A model generated the notes under the pieces. It was not told where the DNA came from. It searched no databases and worked only from the letters and a program-made list of their open reading frames with translations. Shown piece after piece: positions 53,126-64,000 of a stretch of DNA of 64,000 nt. Made by a program: the position numbers and the translations under genes. Origin of the DNA: Epiperipatus broadwayi (Eukaryota; Animalia; Onychophora); contig JAQFVV010000003.1 of NCBI GenBank assembly GCA_028023455.1, forward strand, positions 4,154,001 through 4,218,000, read 5' to 3'. How positions within the stretch are numbered: the first letter of the stretch is position 1; every line of letters starts with the position of its first letter.

Positions 53126-53140
53126 CGAACGGGGGGGCAT
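53126..53140 (+). promoter_or_regulatory. Polypurine tract
   Basis: CCGAACGGGGGGGCAT-type G-run directly upstream of the 3' LTR TGT. Confidence 0.75.
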
Positions 53141-54868
53141 TGTAACAAGGTGCGGACTGAGGAGAGCAATGGTCCGCCTAAAGTTACAAGAGAAATGGGT
53201 ATATATATATATACTAATACTATTAGCTAATAAAGTTACTAATAATCGGAAATATTAATATTTAATGGTGATGGGAATATTTTAATATTAACCGTATATT
53301 ATTCATATATTTATTTAGAGGTAGTTGTTAGACTATAAAAAGAAAAAAAAAAAATAAACATCGTAGAACTCGTGTTTTGTTGGGGTGTTTGTGGCATGCG
53401 AATGTATATATGTGCGTGATTAATGTATTTCGAGTGGATAGCAAATTGGAACAAAACGAGATCCGTCTGAAATGCGAATGTATTTTGATGCGATGGCGAC
53501 CGCAATGACGCAGTCATGGTCTATTCGGATGACGCAACCAGGGATTTCGCCGGAGGGGATCCCGAAAATGGATGAGAAAGGACGAGAAGAAAAAGGATAT
53601 AAAAGAAAATAGAGAGGGGATAAGAGTCTTCTTGCACGGGTCCAGAAAGTAATCAGAGTAAAAGTGTATCATGCATCGAGTGGGGTAAAAACCTCAACTT
53701 GACAGGCGATGAAGGCCTGCCCCACAGTCCAGAAGGTGCTGCAAGGAAGAAAATCAAAGAACGCCGAATGCCGGTTATCGACGGCAAAGAATAGTGATCG
53801 CTACGGAGAAATGAACCACGAGATCATCCGGTTATAGAGCCTTTATCATCGTAACCCATGCTTTTGGAATATTGAGGTAACGTGAACTTTATCAATTGCC
53901 TATTGAATTGCTATTACCACACAATCCGAGTGTTAAACGGATTGTGTCATCCATTGGAACTTTGGAATAATTTAATTTTCTATGATTAAAACCTGTTTTA
54001 ATAAAATATACCAACTACAAAGTCCGTGGAGGCAGTTTAATAGACGAACAATATTAATGTATTTTGCGGGGCCTATTAAAATCCAAAGAATAATTTATTT
54101 AATCCGTACATGTATGCGTATGCTATAACATTCAATGAAACACGAGTTGTAAATAATGGGGGGTGGGTCAACTAAATGAATTTTAATATTTTCTTTTTGT
54201 TGTATAATAAATTGTTTTACATTAAAAATATCTTTGGAATATTTTTCTTTCGCTTTGTATTTATAATATGTCAATCAAGTTCATAGTTAGGGCTAAAAAA
54301 ATGTCATAATTAAGGTAAAACGTATACTATACCTCGAAGAACCAGCTTATAAAACTTTAGTATAGGGTAGCGAGCGCACTCCTCCGAAACTAGTCGAGAA
54401 CTTCATTCTGCGCAGGGAAAACTAATCGATAAGGTTGGATTTTTAAATCGAGTTAGTTATCAAATATACAGTTGATTACGGATATTAATCCACTTCCAGT
54501 TAGAGACAGTAGTGTCGGAATCCCTAATTCCCGTCCACGGTCTATTGACCACCACTCCCTGAGATGAGCTAGGCTAATGAACACCACCCCTTTTCTTACT
54601 TACCGCGAAAGGTAAAGCGACAGCAAATATTTATTGAGTCGCTATCGGGGTTTATTCTGCATTAATAGAGTCCCGCGGTGTAATTCTTATTTGTTCATCG
54701 CAAATAGGTTTGGCGCTTGGAAGCAAACACGCTATCCATAAATATGCCCGGGAATCATGCAGAGACAAAATAAATTCATATATCTATAAGGTTAAATCTT
54801 AAGTTAACTATAGCCAGTCCTATGAATTTATTAATACGACCCTTCAGCGGGCAAAGCGGTTCGTTATA
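53141..54868 (+). repeat. 3' LTR (1728 bp, TGTAAC...GTTATA)
   Basis: Direct repeat of 49854-51577, followed by the ATAT duplication. Confidence 0.95.
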
Positions 54869-57800
54869 ATATGATAAAAAGTCACTTATAATGTGGCAAG
54901 TAAATATTGATATAATTAGAATTTTTTTATCCTTTAACTAAACTTAGCTAGATCCTTTTTACTAATAATTGATGGCTATATATAATTGCATAAACTTTTT
55001 AATAAGTACCTTTTTTTTTTTTTATTGTTAATAATCAATCACTTTGTAATTAAAAATAGAAATAAATGTTGACTTTTTTTTTTTTTTAATTTATAAAATA
55101 AGTTAATTGGTAATGAATCATGTGGTCTTCATTATCCATTTTTTTTTACAAATTAAAATGCCATACTGCAAAATTTTAATGTAAAAAATTATTTCAAAAG
55201 TAGATTTAAAAAAAAAAAAATTGAAAAACGATTAAATATTCTTCTGAAAGTTAATATTAATCTTTTTTAGAAAATCATGTTGCATCTGATTTTAAAATAA
55301 AATCCAATCAAAAAGTTGTATGTAAATAAATAAAATTCAGAGCTTAAAAAGTTTTCTATCACATTTAACAAAAATGCAGTCTAATTTTGTGTAAACCATA
55401 TGCATTAGATATGTATGTACATATATAAATGCTTATAAAGTATAATTTTTTTTTTTCCCCCAACAAACTTTTTAAAAATTATTTTCCCTGTATATTTGTT
55501 TGAAGATTACAATAAATTTTCTTACACAAGACAAATGTTAACATACAAATCTTATGAAAATCGCATAATTCATGTAAATGAATTTATTTTGAAAATTGGC
55601 TTTACGTTAAAACAAAAAAATGAAATACTTATTCTGCATGAAGGCCTTTTTTAAATATATATATTGAAAGTGAAGTCAAACATTATTATATTAAATTGAA
55701 ATAGAATAAAAGAAATAGATTATCTTTCCTGGAAGTAGTGTTTAGATTGCAAAATGTAGTAAAAGAAATAATTATAAATAATGTAGATGTTTGACTCCTT
55801 TTATTGAAATAAGTTTAAATGGTGATATAAAATTAATACTAACTTTCAGAACGATATTTAATGGTTTTTCAAATTTTTTTTTTTTAAAAATCTGCTTTGA
55901 AATAACTTTTTACATTAAAACTTTGCAGATATTTGGTTAGAAAGTCTGCAAAGAAGCAAGATCATTAATTTCAAAAAATCATTAAGTATATAATTGTTTG
56001 TTTTGATCTCATTTAAAATATTTTAAATGTGTATTGGGTTTGGTTATGTTGTTCTTAATATGGGAGTTAAATTGTACTATATAAGCAGTTTGCTTAAAGC
56101 TCTCTCATAGAGAGATTTTTATTATGATGCAGAATAGTCAGAAATTGACTTAATAAAAGATTCATCATAAGAAAAATATTTGCTGTTTTTAAAAAAATCA
56201 TCAGAAGTAAGATTGCATTTAAAATTTTTACAAATTTAAACTTAAAATAAAAGCGTAAAAAATTTTTTTTCTCTCTTTTTCTAAAGCAAATATAAGTTAT
56301 CATGGCATATTAAATGCATTTAAATGATCATTTAAGAATGCATTATTGAAAATTTTATGATAAAGTGTAAATTAAATGCAACACTTTACTTTTGGAGATA
56401 GAATTTAAATTTTAAAAATAATTGACACCTTGCAATTAATAAACATTAAATTTGATCTATTAAAGAATAACAAGATCTCTTCCCCCTTAATTATGATTGA
56501 ACAATCTAAAAAAATAGAGAAACAATATCCATTTTATCATCTAAAAAGAAATAAAGATAATTTAATAACTTTATAAGATTAATGCCTGTGATTTAAACTT
56601 TGTTTTATTTTTAGCTATCTCACTTTATTGAATGTTAAAATAATTTACTTGCAAGATGTTTTATGCAACTCCAAATTTTGGAACATATTCTACATGCTAA
56701 CTATTGTTATTGATTTTACCTTTTTTATAACCATTTACATATAAATATTTGAATATATAATCTGTTCTTATACTCTTATCTTGTTCAATTTTATTAAAAA
56801 AAATAATTTAATTGCTAATCTAATTAATAAACTTTTTTTTTAAATATGTATTTTTAATATTTTTTTCAATTTGTATTTTTTATTACAATTTCTATTTGTA
56901 TTTAAGTTCATTATACAATTTAATGTTTGTAAGGGACTATAATATCATATACATTGTCTTGGAAAAGCAGGCTGTTATAGACATTAGAATATTTTTATTA
57001 CTAAGCAACTAATATAGAGAAATGGCATTGATATCAGTTTTCCTTTATTTATCAAATTCATTAACAAAATTTTATATAATAAAAATCTTCCTTTACTTAG
57101 TGTTTTTTTTTTTTTTTTGTGACGGGTATATTTAGATTTAATTCTGCCTATCATTACTTTAAACTTATTTCACCAATTTCAATTTATAATTAACAAACAA
57201 ATACTTTATATATGCATATAACATAGAATTAAAATACAGATTTGTTTATTAAAGTGTGAATAGATATTTTTAATTTTATACAATTGTTTTTTTCCTTGTA
57301 TTTGAAAAATGTGCTTTTATTTAAAAAATGCTTTTTATAACTCATTGAGACTAAGCTGCCATATTGAATTTTTTAAAATACTGGCCTGAGACACAATTTT
57401 CACAATAACTTCAGTTTTAATTATGTTAGAGCAAAAACAATTAAATTGCTAGAAACTAGAAAAACGAAGGAAAACAATAAGCATAAAATAAATAATGATA
57501 ACTATATAAAAAAATAAGGAAAAAAGAAATTTTCACATCCGAAATAATTATTATTTTATTGTTTGTTCATAATTTGGAAATTAAAATTAACTAAAATTTA
57601 GATTACATCTTCAGTGATAATTTCTTTGTATTCCTCACAAAATTATCTTTCTAAATATGTATAACATGACTTACCTGAGATAATCCACAGCTTCACAATT
57701 TCCACAAGAAGTCGGATATGACTTCTTCATTTTTATTTTGTACCCCAAATGTTCTAAATGTCAAAGGCATCTATAAAGAAAAAGATTCATCCTAATAAAA

Positions 57801-58817
57801 GATTTAAAAGAAATCATCATAGCAATTGGCTTCTTGTCTATCTAAAACTAGAAATTGTAGGCTGCTGTCACTAATAAAATGGGTTTCATCTCTTCATTTT
57901 ATATTTTTTGTGTACATCAGTGATGTTTATATTCTTTATGCACACAAATGATGTTTATATTCTTTATGTACAGAAGTGATGCTATCTTGTTATATTTATT
58001 GTATCACGTAGATATAATTTCTTTGCATATAATCCATTTGTTAGCTATAGACTTGAAAATAATGTTATGAAACATATAGCAAAACCAGAGTGACTCCAAA
58101 GCATGAACAAGAATAAGCAAAAACATAAACAAGAATCAGAATTTGATTATATGTTTGCGCATGCAATCTTTCTATACATTTGATTATTAGTTTTATAACT
58201 CATTACTTGTAAACACAAACATTATATAAACATAATTATAAATAATAAATTATACTTTTTGAAAATTATTATTTTTATAAAAATAAGTGGATTAGTGTAG
58301 GTAGAACTTTAGAAAATTACAATAGATATGAATTCTATATGAGCATATATAACTACACACTAATTACAAACTAAAATTAATAAAAAAGATAATTTTTTTT
58401 CTTCAAAAAATTAAAAAAAAAATTTAAATATTAAAAGAATTAAAATTTTATACTTACAAGTAATTACATTGAAGCTTTATTGTAGGCCTTGTTTGTGAAT
58501 AACATGCGGCAAATGTTAACTTGCATTCGGTAAACCATTTTTTTTCTTTTAGTGCTTCATGGTAATTACAAAAGTTATCAAAAAAGAAAAAAAATTAAAT
58601 ACTGTGGTCGATTAAAATTGTTGCCAAAATCCAAATTTCAACCGATTTTTTTGAGGTAAACATTTTCCGAAAGCTACGTCATTGAGCTATCAAATGCCCG
58701 TATTTTGGTTGACGTTGTGCTTATACTTTTTGTCAGTAAAGAAAGAAAACGTCATCCAACAAGGGCTCAAAGAGCTCCCACAGCGCACCACATGAGATTA
58801 ATCCATCTATTCATATT

Positions 58818-60560
58818 TCATCATCATCATCAACCATTATCAATCCACTGCGAGATGGTCTTTCCAAGTTCAATCCATCTTCTCCGATCTTTAGCTTCTC
58901 TTCTCCACATCACCCCTGCACACTTTATTTCATCCATCCATCTCACATGTGGTCTCTTTCTGGGTCTTTTACAATCTCTTGGAATCCAGTTTCAGATTTT
59001 AATTGTCCATCTGTTATCATCTCTTAGCAATATGTCCAGCCCAACTCCACTTCAATCTTTTAATTTTTTCCATGAGATCAGTAACACCTGTTTGTTCTCT
59101 TACCCATACATTGCGTTTTCGATCTCTTCTTGTTACTCCCAATATGCATCTCTCCATACTTCTTTGAGTGGTCTGAAGTCTCTGTATTGCTCTTCTATTA
59201 AGTGTCCAAGTCTCAGATCCATAAGTAAGAACTCTTAAAACACATTTGTTAAAAACCTTTTCAAACATATGGGTATATTTCCTTTTAGTATCAAGTTATT
59301 TCTACCAAAAGCATTCCAACCAAGTTTAATTCTATGATTAATTTCCTCCATTATGTTTCCATATGTATTAATAATCTGACCAAGGTATTTGTAACTGTTA
59401 ACTTCTTCTAATTCATCATAACCAATCTTTATTTTCACATTTTGAGCAAATTGATTAAACATTACTTTAGTCTTTTTAACATTTATCTTTAGTCCTACTT
59501 TCATCTGATAACTCCTGCAGCTCTGAAGCATTATTTTCAAAAACAACTACATCATCTGAAAAATCTAAATGTCTTAAATAATCTCCATTTGCTTTCATTC
59601 CTTTAGTTTCCCATTTTAATCCACAAAATACTTCTTGCAGCTTGCTATAAAAAGTTTTGGAGATATGGAGTCACCTTGTCTTACACCCTTCTCAATGTTG
59701 ACTTTCCCAGTATCATTATGTAATCTAATTGTTGCTGTTGCATTTTTATAAATATTCTTTAAAATATGACAATATCCTGGATCTATACCTTGATGATCCA
59801 ATGCTTTAATCACTGAAGAAATGTTTATAGAATCAAATGCCTTTTCATAATCTACAAATGCAAAACATAATGGCAACTCATATTCATTTGTCCTTTCTAT
59901 AACTTCTCTCAATACCTGGATATGATCTACTATACTAAAACCACTTTTAAATCCAGCTTGTTCTCTTGGTTGGTGGAAATCCAATGTTTCTCTGTAGACG
60001 AGTTGTAATTATCTTGATAAAAATTTTGTATAAAACTGATAAAAGGCTGATAGGTCTGTAGTTTCTAATATCTTCTTTATCACCTTTTTAAAATATTAAT
60101 ATTATTATTGCATTCTCCCAATCATCTGGTACATCTTTATCATTTAGACATTTGGTATATAACTTTGCTAAAAAAAATTTCTATTTCTTTACCTGCTTCT
60201 TTTAATATATCAATTATAATTCCATCATTACCTGGAGCCTTTCCTTTCTTCATATATTTAATTGCATGTCTCACTTCTTCATTTAAAATTCTGGCAATTC
60301 GATAGATGTAATAGATACAGGAGGCACTTGTTCTTTATTACTATATAATTCTTGATAAAAGTCTTCTACCCATTTCATGATGTCATCTCTCTTTTTAGTA
60401 ATAATTTCATCTTTTTTTCTTATTACAGATATAAATTACCTACCAATACCAAAATGTTTACTAAGACAATATTCATTTCATGTATTCTTACCCATATATC
60501 TATATAAAACATATACTAATTATTATAATGTCAAAAACATGTTTGCTGATATTTTTTATA
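58818..60560 (-). mobile_element. Decayed RTE-clade LINE, (GAT)n tail
   Basis: Track ORFs 59616-59984 (EQAGF..FVDYEKAFDSI..KGVRQGDSISPKLF), 59235-59546 and 59017-59268 are frameshifted pieces of RT; (CAT)4 tail at about 58819. Confidence 0.92.
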
Positions 60561-61128
60561 TACTTAATTGTGTATTCAACAAACTAAATTCCTATTTTTA
60601 GAATGTATTTATTTATTTTTTTTAAAAAAAAAGCATTAAATTCAGATTCTGTTGAAGTCATAAGAATTGGATAATATTTTATTTAGTTTTAGTCTTATAC
60701 ACTAAGAGTATATTCACTGTTAAATAATCATTCCGATAGCTTTTACAAATATATTATCTATATAACTTTAATTGATTTAGAGATCAAATGCAATCTTTAA
60801 AAATAGGTATTAAACATATTATTTAGTAAAAAAAATATTGGAATGATAATTTTATTTCAATATTTTAGTATTGCAGATGTATTTTGGTAGTTATTGCTTC
60901 ATTTTTGTTATGGAAAAATGAAGGTATAAATGTTATATGGCTAAAGAATTAGAATGATTTGTGTTCTTTAATAGATTAAGTATTGATTCTTAATTAAATT
61001 ATTTCATGTAAAAGTTTTATAGTATTTTGCTGAATGCAAATTATTTATATTTTTAATTCTTTTTAATTACTTCTATAAATTCTGTGATGTGGCTTTATTG
61101 CTATATATTTTTTTCTTTCTGTTTTTAG

Positions 61129-61384
61129 CTGTCTGATATCAATGCCTACACTCAGGCTGCATCCGGGTATGGCAACCACGGCCAGTCATCCAATATGCCC
61201 CAAATAGTGATTGATCCACCCAGTCAATCACAGGCTGACCTGAGCCAGAACCTGGCCAGCGAGATCCAGAGCCAGCTGGAAAAGTCGCTAGAGAAGTTCG
61301 ATGACGACTCTGCTGCTGACGAGGATGGTGAGGCTGATGGTCAGATAGGGGGTGATGTGCAATCCTCCGACCTTCACTCTGCTG
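61129..61384 (+). CDS. Coding exon of host gene, low-complexity S/Q/D-rich (LSDINAYTQAASGYGNHGQSSNMPQIVIDPPSQ...DLHSA-G)
   Basis: Long pyrimidine tract plus TAG acceptor, CTG|GTGAGC donor, 256 nt open, GC-rich island; overlaps track ORF 61195-61542. Confidence 0.8.
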
Positions 61385-62129
61385 GTGAGCTACCGAGCAA
61401 AATTTTTTATGCTCCACCCCTCGCTAGCTTGGTGTTGGTTTTTCCTTTTTTTTTTTACTGTGATATTTGTGTCCATTTTCAAATGCAGTTAGTCACCTCC
61501 CTCCCTCATCATATCGTTAATGGCCTATTTTATTGCTTATAGCTCAGTTGCACGCTTGTGTGTGTATATATTGAATTGAGGCATGGTAATGTAATTTATT
61601 TTAAGTTTCAATTACTAATTATAACTAATCATTTGATGGTGCATTTTCAACATCTGTTAGAAGTTTCAATAGCAATAGATGTAAAGGAACTTCAGTAGCT
61701 AAAATGTGCCTTTTATTTTAATAATAAAAGTTAGTTTTTCTCAAATTTGACTTCAAAAGATGATCTAAGACTTAACTATAAATGATTAAATTAGTTGGAA
61801 AATTTAATTTATCACAGGTGTTAGATAGTTTTATTTTATTACTTGCTATTAGCATATTAAAATGGATACTAACTGGTATGATAGGTTTTTTCTATACAAA
61901 AAGTATGCATTATTACAAAACTCCTCAACTGCAAATTTGAAGTTACCTTATTTTTTTTAAAAGTAGAAAATAAAGAGATAAAATATATTTTATTGCCTTT
62001 TTGGAAATACAGTTTATAAAAGCCATTCCGTTAAAAAGTTGTGATATAATCCTTCTAATTGCTAAAATATAATTACTGCCTAAATTCATTGAATACAAAA
62101 TAAGATAGCCATTCCAAAAGAATATTAGA

Positions 62130-62640
62130 TATACACTGTATTAAAAATTGGTATAGATAGAAAATTTAGTAAATAAAAAAAGAAGAAAATGTTAGGGAAA
62201 TTAAAAAATATGTAGTAAAATCCTAATATGTTATCATAAGAAGATATATATTAAAACAGTAGAGAAATAATTTACTATTTAAGGCTAAAGCAGGAAATCT
62301 AGAAGTAAATGAGCGAACTAAGAAGTAGGAAAAAATTAAGTTTATTGTATGATTAATGCGTGGATGTTCAGCATTTATTAAAGTATAATAATTTTAATAA
62401 AATAGAGACAAGTAATGAAATTATGGAATATGTATTATGAGGTGGAAAATTATGCTAAAAAGTTGATTACTTTATAGTATAAATGAGAAATAACAAATTA
62501 GGAATAAAATAGCAAAGAAAATAAAGAGAATTTTTGAAACATAAGAATAAAAGAAATAGAAATTAAAAGTAAAAGTTTTTATAAATGATATTTATAAATT
62601 GATAGTAATAAACATTTATTAAGTAATAAACATTTATTAT
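62130..62640 (+). mobile_element. Decayed LINE 3' fragment
   Basis: LLFKAKAGNLEVNER followed by Cys/His remnants, as in LINE C-terminal zinc-knuckle regions; purine-skewed. Confidence 0.4.
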
Positions 62641-62905
62641 GAATGGCTTTGGTGTGAGATAGCTCATATATATCACATCAACAACCCTAATTTCTTCTTT
62701 AAACATATTAAAGTCTATCTCAGGATTATTTACTCTACATTTTTTAGAGAAGATATTTTCTGAAAGGATAATTTGATATTCTCATAATCTCATTCATATA
62801 TATGTCAGGATGAAGAATCCTTGGAATATAATGTATCTTATTACTTGAATGATGTAATAGACTGAAGGACTTTCTGAACATCAAAACAAGGTCTTTTATT
62901 TTCAG

Positions 62906-62984
62906 ATGAGGAACAAGACTTTCATTTAGAAACTGCAATCATTTTAAGAATTGGAAATAGTTTAGAATTATCTAAAGGAATTTT
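62906..62984 (+). CDS. Possible further host exon (DEEQDFHLETAIILRIGNSLELSKGI)
   Basis: ttttattttcag acceptor, open in phase 1 (compatible with the 61384 donor), GTAAGA donor. Composition is barely different from intron, so this may be chance. Confidence 0.3.
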
Positions 62985-64000
62985 GTAAGAGAAAGGCAAT
63001 GACTCTGAAAATAGTTCCCATTAAACTGAAATTGTTGCAGAAAATCTGGATGCTTAACAAATAAAAATTGCTTATTTAGGCCTATAACCTCTGTCTGTTT
63101 CAAAAGCTAATAATAATAAAAAAAATTTCAGAATAGATTAACTGGAAATTTTGTTATGATTATCAGAATTTTATATGTTAAATATTTACTTAGGATTTGA
63201 TACTAATTATATATATATATTTTTTTGATCAGTGAATTTTATGAAAAAATTAATATGGACTTTTATATGACTCAGCTCTTTATATTCATACACATGCATG
63301 TTTGTACAGCGCACATTTATATAGAAGATGTTATTTGCTTAGCTTTTGATCAGTGATTTACATTTTGTACATATATGTAAATATAAACACAAATGCATGG
63401 ACATCCCATCCTTTAATGTAAGGCACTTTGTCTTCATGGTTAGGATTTACATGTATAGAATTAAGCTTACACAGTCTTGATTAATAAGTAATGTGTATCT
63501 ATATGTTTTTTTATTATAAAAATTAAGAATTCTTTTATTTATAAAAACTATTTATTTTCTTTAATAATTAAATTATATACTCATGTCTTCTTTTTCTTTA
63601 TTACTATTTGAATATACAATGTTATGAATTTTAAATGTGATTACACATGTAATCACAATAAGTTGTATTAATTTTGTTATTGCAATAGCCGTTTTAAAAT
63701 AGTTTGCATTAATGTAACAACAAAACTCGAGACCCCCCTCCCCACCCTCAGATGTAATTATTAATGTTTGTATCAAAACCATCTGTGAGCTGTTTATTTT
63801 ATTTGTTATTAATGAGGCTCACATGGAAGTTTACAAGATTATTTTATTGCAATGCAATTGTTTAAAAAAATTTTTTTGAGATGTGTTGATATACCTTTTG
63901 CCAACTATTTTAAAATGACAATTATAATAAAATAATTATGGAGTCAAAAATTAAGTATTATCTGTATATATATAAATTATGTATGCTATATATATATATT

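Larger units (their letters stand above)
49854..54868 (+). mobile_element. Young non-autonomous gag-only Ty3/gypsy-type LTR retroelement
   Basis: Two ~1.72-kb direct repeats about 98.5-99% identical by eye. ATAT target-site duplication (49850-49853 and 54869-54872), PBS-like site at 51580, G-rich PPT next to the 3' LTR, a single Gag ORF, and no protease/RT/integrase sequence in the 1563-bp interior. Confidence 0.93.

Noticed and set aside
58705-59238. 177-aa + strand ORF
   Set aside because: It is mostly the antisense shadow of the RTE copy, and HHHH comes from the (CAT)n tail.
1-64000. CRISPR arrays, rRNA/tRNA genes or prokaryotic operons
   Set aside because: No regularly spaced repeat-spacer array, cloverleaf or gene-dense region; the short ORFs in the track fit random AT-rich sequence.

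Overview
This is very AT-rich eukaryotic (probably arthropod) genomic DNA, mostly intron. A multi-exon protein-coding gene runs on the + strand, with phase-compatible exons at 22960-23026, 40389-40426, 42917-42987, 43266-43467, 43824-43963 and 61129-61384; I do not recognise the product. Its large introns hold four notable sets of insertions. (1) A young Ty3/gypsy-type LTR element (49854-54868; 1.72-kb LTRs, ATAT target duplication, PPT). Its only gene is an intact 300-aa Arc-like capsid/Gag with no pol, and its tRNA-Lys(CUU) primer site is interrupted by regularly spaced single-base bulges. (2) An older non-coding LTR element (12507-16641) with a similarly interrupted Lys primer site. (3) Two fold-back loci with divergent type I hammerhead ribozymes of Penelope/retrozyme type: an intact pair at 30250-30646 and a decayed pair at 18310-18628. 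(4) Four copies of one RTE-clade LINE family, plus decayed LINEs, hAT remnants, microsatellites and local tandem duplications. No rRNA, tRNA gene or CRISPR array was found. All counts and alignments were done by eye and no database search was run.
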